From: Candidatus Dojkabacteria bacterium | GTDB lineage: Bacteria; Patescibacteriota; Dojkabacteria; JAHIVN01 | NCBI GenBank assembly: GCA_016932045.1 | Contig: JAFGDO010000002.1 | Location: 66,553-130,552 of the forward strand | DNA length: 64,000 nt | Reading direction: 5' to 3' | Shown: positions 1 to 10,642 of the stretch, piece by piece | How positions within the stretch are numbered: the stretch's first letter is position 1 | How the letters are laid out: every line of letters begins with the position of its first letter | Position numbers and translations under genes: made by a program | Notes under the pieces: model-generated | Databases searched by the model: none | What the model saw: only the letters and a program-made list of their open reading frames with translations | Told to the model about the DNA's origin: nothing

Positions 1-720
1 TTCAAGACTCTGATTGAAAACAGAACTTGTAAATTCTGGTAAGGCATCTTTAGATGCAAAGTACAAAGATAGAGCCAAGAGAGGTAAGAGAATCCCTAAA
101 GATAAGAGAGCTAGACTTCCAATCTTTATTTCTCTCTTTTGAAAAACTGCTATTAGATACAAAAAGACTGCTAGAATTATGAACACTGGTTTAAGACTAA
201 ATACTAAAGCTGCACCAAAGAAAATGCCAGATAAGAACATCCATCTTGGAGTATTTTTAGTTATTAGATATATTCCAAGGGAAGAGAAGAATATAAAAAA
301 GTTTTCGAAAGTTGAAATGTTTGCATCAAATATTGGCAGACCAAAAAGAATTGCAGCTAGTAATGCCGAGGTTGAGGCTACTTTATGAGTGAATAGTTTC
401 CTAGAGATTTGGTAGACAAGAATTACTGTTCCAATTGAGGACAATAAACCAAGGATTTTTGTTAATACTAAACTTAAATTACCAGCAAAACCCGTTGCAT
501 AATAAATAAAAAATATTCCGGGCATTTCGGAGGTCCAGATATCTTTGTACAGTATTTTCCCATAGTGGAAAGAGTTGGCAACGCTTGCATAGAATCCCTC
601 ATCTGTATACCAATGAGGCTCAAAAAGACTTGGGACCCTAAGAATTATGAGTAATAATAGGATGCCTCCAATTATTAAAGTTTCCTTTTTTATATTCTTG
701 AGAATTTCTGCGATCTGCAT
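1..720 (-). CDS. GT-C fold membrane glycosyltransferase (ArnT/PMT family 39/83-like). The N-terminus is in the window and the 3' end runs off the left edge.
   Basis: Reverse translation from the ATG at 720..718 gives MQIAEILKNIKKETLIIGGILLLLIILRVPSLFEPHWYTDEGFYA..., which is polytopic and hydrophobic. Its start overlaps the upstream stop (TAATG). This gene is not in the ORF track because it is truncated. Confidence 0.5.
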   Translation of the reverse strand, partial: MQIAEILKNIKKETLIIGGILLLLIILRVPSLFEPHWYTDEGFYASVANSFHYGKILYKDIWTSEMPGIFFIYYATGFAGNLSLVLTKILGLLSSIGTVILVYQISRKLFTHKVASTSALLAAILFGLPIFDANISTFENFFIFFSSLGIYLITKNTPRWMFLSGIFFGAALVFSLKPVFIILAVFLYLIAVFQKREIKIGSLALLSLGILLPLLALSLYFASKDALPEFTSSVFNQSLE

Positions 721-1451
721 TATTTAGTGCCTGAAAATCTTAACTGCCATACTCGGATCATAGCCTCGAAAAATATCTTTTTATTCATCTTGGCCTTTCC
801 GTATTCTCTATCAGGAAAGATAATAGGAGTTTCAATAATTTTGAACCCCTTTTTTACTGTTCGGTATTTCATCTCTATTTGAAAGGAGTAGCCTTCTGAT
901 TTGATAGAATCAAGGTTTATGTCTTCTAGCACTTGTCTTCTAAACATATTGAAGCCGCCGGTAAAATCCTTTATATTTACTCCAAGTATTATTCTTGAGT
1001 ACAAACTCCCTCCTTTACTTATAAATTTACGCAGTAAATTCCAATTTTCAACTTTGCCGCCTTTAACATTACGTGACCCGATGACCAGATCGTATTCTTC
1101 TATTAGCTTTATGAATTCAGGAATGTATTCAGGCTTATGGGAAAAATCGGCATCCATGGAAAGAATGTAGTCATAGTTTTTTGATACCGCTTTTTTAAAA
1201 GCGTTTATATAGGCACTTGCCAGTCCAAGTTTTCCTTTGCGATGAATGACTTCGATTTTAAAGTTATTTCCTTTAATTCTTTCAACTAATTTGTCTGCGA
1301 TTTTTCCAGTGCCGTCAGGAGAGTTGTCATCAATTATAATGATAGTTGTAGATATCTGAATATCTACAACTACATCCTCGATGGCTTTTACAAGTCGTTC
1401 AATATTCTCTTTTTCATTGTAGGTAGGAATACATATAGCCAGTTTCTTCAT
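720..1451 (-). CDS. GT2 polyprenol-phosphate glycosyltransferase (Dpm1/ArnC-like)
   Basis: Motifs IPTYNEKENI, IIDDNSPDGT and SMDADFSH (a DxD motif). Typical length of 243 aa. Confidence 0.8.
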   Translation of the reverse strand: MKKLAICIPTYNEKENIERLVKAIEDVVVDIQISTTIIIIDDNSPDGTGKIADKLVERIKGNNFKIEVIHRKGKLGLASAYINAFKKAVSKNYDYILSMDADFSHKPEYIPEFIKLIEEYDLVIGSRNVKGGKVENWNLLRKFISKGGSLYSRIILGVNIKDFTGGFNMFRRQVLEDINLDSIKSEGYSFQIEMKYRTVKKGFKIIETPIIFPDREYGKAKMNKKIFFEAMIRVWQLRFSGTK

Positions 1452-1496
1452 ACATTACCTCCTTTAAGGTTACTCGGTTACTTAAGTTGTCAAAAG

Positions 1497-2996
1497 TTAC
1501 TCCTTCTTTTCCCACAGCTGCAAATACAGCTCTCCTTTAAAGGCCTTTTCATCAATTAAAACATAGTCTTGATAGAATTTATCGCGATCATTCATTCCAT
1601 AAATTTCAACCAACCATAATCTATCATATTTAGATAGATCTGATAAGCTTCGGGTGTAGTTATCTTCTGTAAGCATTACCTTGCCTACATAAAATGGAGT
1701 TTCGTATTCTGGATCGAAAATAGTACTTTCTGCTATGTCTTTAGCATAGAATTCAAAGGGGAAAAAGCTTTTTGCATCCATGTGTATTATTCCGTCATAT
1801 GTCGCATGATTTGTCTTTATATAAGTAGTAAGTTCACGGTAACTAGGTTTTGAAGTATTATTCTTCTGATAAATGCAGAAATAAATCTTCAGATTAATTA
1901 ATACCATTAGAATGACAACGAATATCTTTATAGTATCATTCTTGAATAATATTTTGATACCTTTGTAAACTAAAAAGATAAAGAAAGGAGCGAGGAAACT
2001 TATGTAGCGGATATAAAGAATTGGGGTAATAAATGACAATATGTATAGGATTACGAAAGGTAACCAGAAAAGTATAGAGAAGTGTATTTTTATTTTCTTC
2101 CGTTTTTTGATTTCACTGAATGTTCCAAGAAAAGATAAGAGAATTGTTCCAATATTTAAAGCTCCATCTACTATGTCGAAATTTTCTTTACTAAATAGTC
2201 TTATACCTACTGCAAATCCTGTGATAGTCTCATTGAAAGTATTTAAAGGATGAAATTTAATCCAGAAGTCAGAGACTACGTCTTGTAAGAGGGATAACAT
2301 AATTAATAACCAGGGGAAAGTTATTGCAAAAATTGTAATATAAATAACGAACCACCTTTTAATATTCTTGTTAGACATAATCTCTCTGAGCTTTCTACTT
2401 TTAAGTTCTTTTAGTAGTTTAAAAATCAATATTATTAATTCTGCTAGAACAACGAAGGCCGAGTAGCTATGAGCATAAAAGGCTAAAGAAGTAAGAACTA
2501 TATAGAGAGCAGCATTTATGAAATTGTGGTTTTGAAGCAGTTTTGAGAAGAAGTAAAACGATCCTAACACTAAAAACATCAATAGTGAATATACCCTAGC
2601 TTCCTGTGCATAGACAATCACAACAATATTTACACAGAATATTGTTGCTATAAGCATTTGGTCTATCCTCCTTTTGAAGTAGTCCTTTACGAAGAGGATG
2701 AAGGAAATTAGGGTCCCAATACTAAATAAAAATGAAGGTAGTCTAACTGATATTTCACTGACCCCAAAAACTTTGATCCAAAAGTGCAGAAGGAAGTTGT
2801 ATATAAAAGAACTTGTATCTGAAAGGGCAATCTTAAGGAATTCCGGAAATGGTTTTTGTGCAAGAATCACCGAAAAAGCTTCGTCACGCCATAGGTCTTC
2901 CTGTCCAAGGTTATAAAAGCGAAGGAAAATAGCTAAGATGAAGATTATTCCCAGTCCTATATAGTACCAATTGTCTTTCTTTAAGTTAATGCGCAT
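1497..2996 (-). CDS. GT-C family 39 membrane glycosyltransferase (ArnT/PMT-like)
   Basis: The first loop after TM1 carries RDEAFSV (a DE motif). About 12 TM helices over 499 aa. Confidence 0.6.
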   Translation of the reverse strand: MRINLKKDNWYYIGLGIIFILAIFLRFYNLGQEDLWRDEAFSVILAQKPFPEFLKIALSDTSSFIYNFLLHFWIKVFGVSEISVRLPSFLFSIGTLISFILFVKDYFKRRIDQMLIATIFCVNIVVIVYAQEARVYSLLMFLVLGSFYFFSKLLQNHNFINAALYIVLTSLAFYAHSYSAFVVLAELIILIFKLLKELKSRKLREIMSNKNIKRWFVIYITIFAITFPWLLIMLSLLQDVVSDFWIKFHPLNTFNETITGFAVGIRLFSKENFDIVDGALNIGTILLSFLGTFSEIKKRKKIKIHFSILFWLPFVILYILSFITPILYIRYISFLAPFFIFLVYKGIKILFKNDTIKIFVVILMVLINLKIYFCIYQKNNTSKPSYRELTTYIKTNHATYDGIIHMDAKSFFPFEFYAKDIAESTIFDPEYETPFYVGKVMLTEDNYTRSLSDLSKYDRLWLVEIYGMNDRDKFYQDYVLIDEKAFKGELYLQLWEKKE

Positions 2997-3137
2997 TTCG
3001 CAAGGATTTTACCAGATTTAAGATCAAAGTACGAAACCAGAAATAGGAGATACTAAGCAAATTCCTAATTTGACTCATATTTCAGATTTTGAAGTTCGGA
3101 CTTTTGAACCATTCACAATCTACTATTTATCTCATAC

Positions 3138-4775
3138 TTACATCATTAAATCCCTTCCAGTCATGGTTTGAGGTACCTGGATACCAAGTGCAGCAAGAAC
3201 GGTGGGGGCAATATCTGCAAGAATGCCTGTTGTTAGCTCTCGTGTTTCATAGTTGTTTGAAACATACAAAAAGGGAACAGGGTTTGTGGAATGTTCTGTA
3301 TCGACCTCTCCGGTTTGCAGATTAACCAGTTCTTCAACATTACCATGATCCGCAGTAACCAGCATTTCGCCACCTTTTGCGAGAACTGCTGCAGCAATCT
3401 TACCTAAGCACTCATCGACCACTTCAGAAGCCTTAATTGAGGCTTCAAGTTTGCCTGTATGGGCGACCATATCTGTACTTGCATAATTGACCAGGATAAA
3501 GTCATATACTCCCTCTTCAATTTTTTTAAGCAGTGTGTCGGTAATTTCATAGGAGCTCATTTCAGGTTTTTCATCATAAGTTTTAACTTCCTTAGGGGAT
3601 GGGATTTCTAATCGATCCTCACCTGTAAATGGATTTTTCGTTCGACAATTAAAAAAATAAGTTACATGTGGGAATTTTTCAGATTCGGTGAGTCTGAGCT
3701 GTTTGAGTCCTGCATCTGAAATTAGCCGTCCCAAAGAATACTCAACTTTTTCCGGGGGGAAAATTTGTTTTGCGGGAAAACCAGTATCTGTTTTCTGCAT
3801 TTCTTCTTGAAACAATTTCTGAACCATTTCACTTTCTCCGCCAGGTAGTGCAGTATCTTCATCGGCTCGGTTCATTACCATTCCCTTTTCATAGTTTGAG
3901 AAACCGGCAAAGAAGACGTTTTCTATCCTTTCTTTCTGCCATCCAGAGAAGTTTTCTTCTTCAAATGCTTTTGCGAGCTGAACTGCCCTATCTGCTCTAT
4001 AATTGAAGAAGATGACAGCATCGCCGGGTGTAACAGTTGCTATCGGACTACCGTCTTTTGCTATGACATATGACTTTACGTATTCATCTGTATCTCCTTG
4101 GTTGTATGACGAATCAAGAGCCTCTTTCCAGTCTCCTACTTGAGTTCCCTTTCCATATGCTATGAGGTCATAGGCCTGCTGAGTTCTCTCCCACCGTTCA
4201 TCGCGGTCCATTGCGAAGTAACGCCCAATTACTGAAGCAATTTTTGCAGATTTTCCTGTTTTTTTCTCAAGTTCGCTTAAATATTTCTCTGCGCTTTTTG
4301 GAGGCACGTCTCTTCCATCAGTAAATGCATGGATAAAGACGTTTTTAAGACCGGACTTTTTACAAAACTCAACACAAGCATATAGATGATCCATCGATGA
4401 GTGTACTTTTCCCGGACTAGTTAGTCCCATAAGATGTACTTTTCCTCCTGAATTTTTCACATGCTGTGCAGCTTCGGTAAACGTGGGATTCTTGTAGAAT
4501 ATTCCTGTTTCCATTTCATGATCAATTCTTGCTATCTCCTGGAAGATCACTTTACCGGCACCAAGGCCCATATGTCCGACCTCGCTGTTTCCGTTAACAC
4601 CCGAAGGCAAGCCTACATTTGTACCGGAAGCCTGCAGGAAGCAGTGAGGATACTTAAACCAAAAGTTATCTAAGTTAGGTGTTTTTGCCTGTGTTACTGC
4701 ATTACCAGGATTTGGTGGAGCTACTCCGAGACCATCAAGAACTATTAGGACAATAGGTTTAGGTTGATTTGTCAC
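3138..4775 (-). CDS. gpmI: 2,3-bisphosphoglycerate-independent phosphoglycerate mutase
   Basis: Motifs VLIVLDGLGV and ADHGN. Full-length iPGM-type architecture at 545 aa. Confidence 0.9.
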   Translation of the reverse strand: MTNQPKPIVLIVLDGLGVAPPNPGNAVTQAKTPNLDNFWFKYPHCFLQASGTNVGLPSGVNGNSEVGHMGLGAGKVIFQEIARIDHEMETGIFYKNPTFTEAAQHVKNSGGKVHLMGLTSPGKVHSSMDHLYACVEFCKKSGLKNVFIHAFTDGRDVPPKSAEKYLSELEKKTGKSAKIASVIGRYFAMDRDERWERTQQAYDLIAYGKGTQVGDWKEALDSSYNQGDTDEYVKSYVIAKDGSPIATVTPGDAVIFFNYRADRAVQLAKAFEEENFSGWQKERIENVFFAGFSNYEKGMVMNRADEDTALPGGESEMVQKLFQEEMQKTDTGFPAKQIFPPEKVEYSLGRLISDAGLKQLRLTESEKFPHVTYFFNCRTKNPFTGEDRLEIPSPKEVKTYDEKPEMSSYEITDTLLKKIEEGVYDFILVNYASTDMVAHTGKLEASIKASEVVDECLGKIAAAVLAKGGEMLVTADHGNVEELVNLQTGEVDTEHSTNPVPFLYVSNNYETRELTTGILADIAPTVLAALGIQVPQTMTGRDLMM

Positions 4776-4910
4776 ATTTCATAAAGCTTATGTTAAATGC
4801 AGTCGTGATCCGTTTTGCAAAAATAATCTATCATAAATTCCCATATACAACAAATTAATGAAAGTAAATTTCCTTGTATCAAATTATAAATACAATATAT
4901 AGATTATTAA

Positions 4911-4941
4911 AAAAAGAAGCACATTATAAAATGTGCTTCTT
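4911..4941 (-). terminator. Rho-independent terminator of the sigma/anti-sigma operon
   Basis: On the minus strand, hairpin gaagcacatt/aatgtgcttc followed by a T7 run. Confidence 0.6.
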
Positions 4942-4972
4942 CTGATTCTGTCTTAAGTTAAATGGGATCTTT

Positions 4973-5779
4973 CTAATCCCACCCCTCTCTTGGTTTATCG
5001 CTATCTCCTTCATTTGAACCGCCTTCTCCTATAGAACCATCTCTATCCTGATCTTGGGGTCTTTGCTGAACTCCTACTCCGCCTGGTTCTCCTTGAGTAT
5101 CTTCGGAATCTGATACGTTGACATTTAAGCTGTCTGTTGAATCGATGTCTTTATTCTTTTGATTTTGATTCTTAACCTGTTCCATTATTTCATTATGAGT
5201 TTCGTTTTGATTCTCATACCTATTCATCACTCTTTCTTTTGCTTGGTCTTCTACTTCTCCCTCATTGTGCTTTTCTTCCATATTTCTAACTCTCTCCTGA
5301 ACTCGCTCTCTTTGTGCTTCTACTTCTTGAACAGCCTCATTGATTCTTTCTTGAGACTCTTTTCTCTCTTGTAACCTCTCCAATTCCTGCATTCTCTCAT
5401 CTAGTATGTCCATTTCAAGTTGTGCTGACTTTTCAGGATCATTAGTAAATGATCTTTGTAAACTTTCCATGGCTTTATCCACAGAGTATAAAAAATCTCC
5501 CGGAACAGAAGCTTCTGCTGCATAAGCAGTTGTACCTCCAATGAGAAGTACACAGATACCGACACCAAGTGCAACGAACAATTTGGCTTTGGTATTCATT
5601 GTTGAAAATATTAAAAAATTAAAGTTCACAAATCTATTACGAAGACTTTCCTTTTTGGGTACATCTTTTTGTATCATCCTATTTAGATATTGATAAGTAG
5701 TTAGCTGCCAGTCCTTATCTGGAACAATCGGTAAATTATTTAGTTTTTCTATGAAATTATCTTGGTTATTTTTTCCCAT
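4973..5779 (-). CDS. Putative anti-sigma factor (DUF5667-like, single TM, acidic coiled-coil tail)
   Basis: Overlaps the ECF sigma gene by 14 nt. TM helix LFVALGVGICVLLIGG. Contains a FLYSVDKAME motif. Confidence 0.45.
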   Translation of the reverse strand: MGKNNQDNFIEKLNNLPIVPDKDWQLTTYQYLNRMIQKDVPKKESLRNRFVNFNFLIFSTMNTKAKLFVALGVGICVLLIGGTTAYAAEASVPGDFLYSVDKAMESLQRSFTNDPEKSAQLEMDILDERMQELERLQERKESQERINEAVQEVEAQRERVQERVRNMEEKHNEGEVEDQAKERVMNRYENQNETHNEIMEQVKNQNQKNKDIDSTDSLNVNVSDSEDTQGEPGGVGVQQRPQDQDRDGSIGEGGSNEGDSDKPREGWD

Positions 5780-6290
5780 TGATTGTATCTCTCAGCTTAT
5801 CTAAAGCTCTATAGATTGATATTTTAGTGGCAGTATATTTCTTGCCAATCATTTCCGAAATTTCCCTAATGCTAAATCCCTCAATAAATCGTAGTATTAT
5901 TAATTCCTTCTCTTCCTTTGATAGCTTATTTAAGTTTTGAATAATTTGTTCATACATTAACGTGTTATCTATATCTTGTTCTATTGCTAAATCGTGAATT
6001 TCCTCGTTGTAAGGTATTGCATGAAGTTTTGCTTTTCTATATTGGTCTATCACAATATTTCTTGCTATGATAAAGAGCCAGTTTTTTAAAGAAGACTTCG
6101 TTTTGTCAAAAGCCTCTCTGTTTTTCCAGGCTTTTTCAAAAACCTCTTGAGTCAAATCCTGGGCAAGCTCCTTTTGACAGTTAATGCGCAGGTAGATATA
6201 TCTAAATATACTAGTATTCAGTTTTTTAAAAGCTTCAAGCAAATCCTTTCCTGAGTCTAGGCCAGCTTTACTTTTAGGATGCATTTTCAT
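5766..6290 (-). CDS. RNA polymerase sigma-70 factor, ECF subfamily
   Basis: Region 2 NWLFIIARNIVIDQYRK and region 4 REISEMIGKKYTATKISIYRALDKLR. Confidence 0.85.
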   Translation of the reverse strand: MKMHPKSKAGLDSGKDLLEAFKKLNTSIFRYIYLRINCQKELAQDLTQEVFEKAWKNREAFDKTKSSLKNWLFIIARNIVIDQYRKAKLHAIPYNEEIHDLAIEQDIDNTLMYEQIIQNLNKLSKEEKELIILRFIEGFSIREISEMIGKKYTATKISIYRALDKLRDTINGKK

Positions 6291-6425
6291 ATGTTTACGT
6301 AAATATAGTAGTCAGGGTACTTTTATAACAAAGTATTATAACCTAAATTACACACACAAAAAACACGGTTAGTTTATTTTTGGTTTGGGATTTGGGCATA
6401 TAAGGGTTCTAGATAAATTTTTGTA

Positions 6426-8129
6426 TTATGCAAGGAACATGCTTTGTGCAAATTCTATCCTTTTTAGAAAATAGAAAGAAAATCTCAACATAAGAAAGAT
6501 GAGGATGAAAGATACTACTTCAAATGTTGCTATACAAGCAAGATTTTCAAGCCGGATGTATTTATAAAAGGTTAAAGCTCCCCATGCGCCATAAAGTATA
6601 GCTGCAAAAGTGAAAATTAGGCCGGGGACAGATGTACCAAGAACTTCGGGATTATCTGTCTCAAAATTGGGGAAGACAAATCCTAAGAACAATCCTAGTA
6701 ACGTCGTTGTTATGACAGTAGTTATAAATATTAATATGTACAGTAAAGAGGGTATTATTCCAGGTAAAAATACTACTAGATTAAATATACTTACTCCTAA
6801 ACCCATTATGGAGAATAGAAATGAAAAGAAAAAAAATTTCGAATACATAACCTTTTTTAAACTTACAGGTGAACTGCCTATGATCCAGGCGGTTTTTCTC
6901 TCTGTACTAAAAGAAGGAAAGACATACCTTAACACAAATGCTGTAATAAAGTAGATTCCAACCGCGATCTGGAAAGCAAAAACTGTGTCTGCCATAGATT
7001 CGCTTCCAAAATCATACTTTTGCATCGCTCGTTTAAGAAGCAGATTAATTGCAGTATATATTAACCACAGGGATAATATAAAACTTACCCAGGCAATATC
7101 CTTTAGGTCACGTCGCATTACCACAAATTCCTTTTCAAATAATGCTCCGATTTGACCTTTTAATATCTTCGGGAACTTGCCAATCGGCAGTGTCTTATCA
7201 AAATTTATCTTTGTTCTGGCCTCAAACGAGCCTTCTTGAAGCTTCTGCCAAATTGTCAGAAATCCCCTCGTACTAAGGTAAGTTGCGATAGCTAGAATTG
7301 CTGTAGTTACAGTAGTAACAGCAAAATGAAAAATTGCTTCAGGATATTTATCTTCTTGCAGATGGAACAGGAAAAGTGAAGGGGAGTGAGAAGGCATAAA
7401 AGTGAACCGCGTTTCTACAAGATTCACATCGAATTCTTGAACATCTGTTATTGGAATTTGCCAGAATTCTATAAAGTCTGAAGGTACAGCTTTTTTCCAT
7501 CCAAGCACAAGGAGTAGTATAAATATGAAAAGACATATAATCATTATGTTGAAGACCGTTACAAACTTATATGTCTTACCTGAAACCATTTTAAGTAGTT
7601 GTGCAGTCGCGAATACAAGAAACACGCTAAATAGCATTGCAATAACTGAGAGCAATGAGACATTGAGTAGCATAAGAAAGAATGAAAGCAGACTGGTTTC
7701 AAAAACTGTTTTTATTGCTAGTGTAAGTGGAACCGCTAGCAGTAGAATTGAAATTAAAGATGAGGAGGCTATTTTCCCCAGATAATAAAAAGGGATAATC
7801 TTGAATTTAGGTGTGGCCAGTATCCAGTTGTCATCTGAGCTTCTAAGCAGCGTAAAAAGCAGAAATAGCATAGAGCTAAAACTGGTAATGTAGAAAAAGA
7901 CCGCAAGATAAAGCTCATAAACATACAATGTAAAAGCTTCCTTGTATAAGATGTATCCTTGCAGGAACTCAAGTCCCGAGACTCCAAAACGGTAAATACT
8001 AAATCCGACGCCCAAGAACAGAAGCATTCCAATCCCTGCAGTGATAATCTTTCCAGCTGTTTGCGATTTTAGATAACGAAGTGCGGATCTTATTTTAAAT
8101 AGAAAAACTCTTGCAAGCGGACTGTTCAT
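6426..8129 (-). CDS. ABC transporter permease (polytopic membrane protein)
   Basis: More than 12 TM helices. Overlaps the upstream ATPase gene by 4 nt. Confidence 0.5.
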   Translation of the reverse strand: MNSPLARVFLFKIRSALRYLKSQTAGKIITAGIGMLLFLGVGFSIYRFGVSGLEFLQGYILYKEAFTLYVYELYLAVFFYITSFSSMLFLLFTLLRSSDDNWILATPKFKIIPFYYLGKIASSSLISILLLAVPLTLAIKTVFETSLLSFFLMLLNVSLLSVIAMLFSVFLVFATAQLLKMVSGKTYKFVTVFNIMIICLFIFILLLVLGWKKAVPSDFIEFWQIPITDVQEFDVNLVETRFTFMPSHSPSLFLFHLQEDKYPEAIFHFAVTTVTTAILAIATYLSTRGFLTIWQKLQEGSFEARTKINFDKTLPIGKFPKILKGQIGALFEKEFVVMRRDLKDIAWVSFILSLWLIYTAINLLLKRAMQKYDFGSESMADTVFAFQIAVGIYFITAFVLRYVFPSFSTERKTAWIIGSSPVSLKKVMYSKFFFFSFLFSIMGLGVSIFNLVVFLPGIIPSLLYILIFITTVITTTLLGLFLGFVFPNFETDNPEVLGTSVPGLIFTFAAILYGAWGALTFYKYIRLENLACIATFEVVSFILIFLMLRFSFYFLKRIEFAQSMFLA

Positions 8130-8908
8130 TTGTTTTCAGTAAGTTTAAGATAAATGTCTTCAAGCGAAGCTTTGCTTGCTAGTTGGGCTTGCTTTCTGAG
8201 TTCGTTCAGATTCCCTACAGTTATCAGTTTTCCCTCCTTTAGAACTCCAATTCTCGAAGCAGTACTTGATGCAATTGAGAGAATGTGAGTAGCCATAAAG
8301 ATGGTTCCACCGGCCTTTGTATATTTCTGGAGTTCATTTTCAGTTGTGGATATACTTTTTGGATCAAGTCCTACTGCGGGTTCATCAATTACAAGAATTT
8401 CCGGTTTATGAAGTAAAGCTCCCAAAAATGTAAATTTTTGCTTATTTCCTCTTGAATAATTCTGAAAGTAACCCTTTTGTATTCCTTCTAAGTCGTAAAT
8501 TTTTAGTAGTGATTTAATTCTTTTGGTTCTTTCTTTCTCTTCTATGTTATGGAGTGTTCCTACTATGTGAAGAAATTCTTCTCCAGTAAGGTAATTCCAG
8601 ACACTAGGTTCGTCTGGGATATAGCCGAGGTATGATTTAGATGTGATAGGGTCTTCCTCGACATCAGCATTATTTATTTTAACCTTGCCTTCTGTAGCTT
8701 TTAATAATCCTACAATGATTTTGATGATAGTTGTCTTACCTGAACCATTTGGTCCGATAAGTGCAAAAATCTCACCAGGTTCTACTTTTAATGATAGATT
8801 ATTAACAGCAACGAAACTTCCAAACTTTTTAGTGAGATTAGAGATTTCTAGTATTGTGGACATAAGTAGACAGTTTGATAAGTTAAGCTCAAAGTTGACT
8901 ACATACAT
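8126..8908 (-). CDS. ABC transporter ATP-binding protein
   Basis: Walker A GPNGSGKTT, signature YSRGNKQK and Walker B ILVIDEP. Confidence 0.9.
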   Translation of the reverse strand: MYVVNFELNLSNCLLMSTILEISNLTKKFGSFVAVNNLSLKVEPGEIFALIGPNGSGKTTIIKIIVGLLKATEGKVKINNADVEEDPITSKSYLGYIPDEPSVWNYLTGEEFLHIVGTLHNIEEKERTKRIKSLLKIYDLEGIQKGYFQNYSRGNKQKFTFLGALLHKPEILVIDEPAVGLDPKSISTTENELQKYTKAGGTIFMATHILSIASSTASRIGVLKEGKLITVGNLNELRKQAQLASKASLEDIYLKLTENK

Positions 8909-8939
8909 AGTAACAGATAGATACGTACTAGTCTAGAAA

Positions 8940-9686
8940 TTATCTTGGATTGGGGACAAGACTTTTAATTTGCGCTAAATATTGTGTAAGTCTAGTGATC
9001 AAATGCATTACTGCAATAGTGCCAAAGATTATTGATCCTTCAACATGCCAAAAGTAGAGTTTGCTCGCGAAATTTATAAGGCTAGAAAATTGAAATTGCA
9101 AAGTCATCACTATTCCAAACAAAAAGGATGGGACAAGAGTTAGAAGAAGCATAGAATTCCAAAATAGATTAAAATTATTCTTCGTGAGAATGATATATTG
9201 ATTCTTAGAATTAACTTTTGTGATTCTCCAAGTAGCTAGATAGAAAAAAAGAGAAGCTAAAAAAGGCAGCCAAAAATTATATGGATTTCTTACTTTTGCT
9301 TCTTCTTGATCTTGCTTTTGAGATGAACCTGTAGAAGTGTCTTCCGTTTTAGTTTCTAGATCTCCTATATAATAATCGTCAAGCATGGCATAGGTTCTGG
9401 CTTTGTGATCTCTACCAAGTCCTGCTTTCGTTTTAAAGTCTTCAGTCATGTCTTGACCGCACCAATCTCTTATATCAAGGTATACGTCATGATCAGAAAT
9501 ATAGTTTGAGAAATCATAAACTCTATCTTCAAATATCATCCAGCAGTTGTTTGCCTTATTATGATTTTCTACTTCCGAAGTAGATATCTTAGTTCCGGCT
9601 TGAATGTCTCCTTTAAGAGAAAAAAATATTAATGCTGTTAAAAGAAGTATTTGTGTATTCCTTTGTTTCATATCGTGTGGATCCAT
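8940..9686 (-). CDS. Signal-peptide protein with a cytochrome b5-like fold and a C-terminal TM region
   Basis: CWMIFEDRVYDFSNYISDH resembles the b5 core CW..G.VYD.T.F..H, but the HPGG motif is absent. Confidence 0.3.
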   Translation of the reverse strand: MDPHDMKQRNTQILLLTALIFFSLKGDIQAGTKISTSEVENHNKANNCWMIFEDRVYDFSNYISDHDVYLDIRDWCGQDMTEDFKTKAGLGRDHKARTYAMLDDYYIGDLETKTEDTSTGSSQKQDQEEAKVRNPYNFWLPFLASLFFYLATWRITKVNSKNQYIILTKNNFNLFWNSMLLLTLVPSFLFGIVMTLQFQFSSLINFASKLYFWHVEGSIIFGTIAVMHLITRLTQYLAQIKSLVPNPR

Positions 9687-9765
9687 AAACTGATTTAGAA
9701 CTACATATTATACATAAAAAGTAAATTTAAAAAAAAGATTACTAATGAGAATTTGAAATTGTTAG

Positions 9766-10515
9766 CTAAATTTCTGTAATTTTCTTTTGTAATTCTTCGA
9801 AAGGAGATAAGCCTACACTCCAGTAGCCGATGAAAGGATTATTTAAATCATTTATGATCTGGTGAATTAGAGAGATAAAGAAGGTGATTGTGAATGTTGA
9901 AAATAGATGATACCAGATGTTGTCGAAAGGCATTATGACAGTTGTTACCACCATGATAACTGATGCTAAGGTGATAAATGTCTGCAATGGTCGAGGAAGC
10001 CTTGCAAGACTTTCTCGTATTCTTTCGGTCCGTGTATCCCTCATTTCTTTGAACTGATTAATTACATGATCAAAAATTATCGGATCGTGGTCGTCATCAA
10101 ATTCAGTTGTATCAATAATTCCAGAGATATTATTAATTATCGGTTCCATCTTGATTCTTTTTTGTTCAAGACTCATCCGATGATTTTTAAGTACAAGGTC
10201 AATATATTCAAGAATTTCTTTTTTCAATTTTTCCTTAAGATCTTCATCACGGAAATCGCAAACTAGGTTAAATAAACCTTCGATATCTTTTGCTTCCTTT
10301 TCAATCAGTTTTTGGATTGTATTCTTTTGATTCCAGACTTCAATAACTATAAAACCAACTATCACACCGTATATTGTCCCAAAAGCTGTTACAAATGAAC
10401 CTAGGCTTGATGAATCAACCTGATACAAACTGAAATCAAGGACTCTATCAATATAGTAAGTGCAAACAAGTAGGAAAGTTGAAATTATGATTGTTTTAAG
10501 TAGCATTATCTTCAT
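9766..10515 (-). CDS. Hypothetical membrane protein (TM helices at both termini)
   Basis: Hydropathy only. Confidence 0.3.
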   Translation of the reverse strand: MKIMLLKTIIISTFLLVCTYYIDRVLDFSLYQVDSSSLGSFVTAFGTIYGVIVGFIVIEVWNQKNTIQKLIEKEAKDIEGLFNLVCDFRDEDLKEKLKKEILEYIDLVLKNHRMSLEQKRIKMEPIINNISGIIDTTEFDDDHDPIIFDHVINQFKEMRDTRTERIRESLARLPRPLQTFITLASVIMVVTTVIMPFDNIWYHLFSTFTITFFISLIHQIINDLNNPFIGYWSVGLSPFEELQKKITEI

Positions 10516-10642
10516 CTCGGACAGTCCATGATAAATATTTCTTTAGACATTGTAATATTTTCATAGATTGTATTCAAATTTTTATGAGGTGCATATATGA
10601 TGATATAATCTTTATGATACTTTATTTTAGTAATTGTGATAA

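Noticed and set aside
179-388. 69-aa plus-strand ORF
   Set aside because: It lies entirely antisense within the truncated GT-C gene (1..720, minus), which has a coherent TM-protein translation.
901-1170. Antisense ORFs inside long genes (for example 901..1170, 2041..2253, 3770..4006, 6610..6954, 7525..7785, 8643..8936, 28522..28749, 30201..30482, 47021..47296, 51924..52196, 52499..52855, 57111..57559)
   Set aside because: They are embedded in, and opposite to, well-supported CDSs. Their composition is low-complexity, biased by the partner strand's codon usage.
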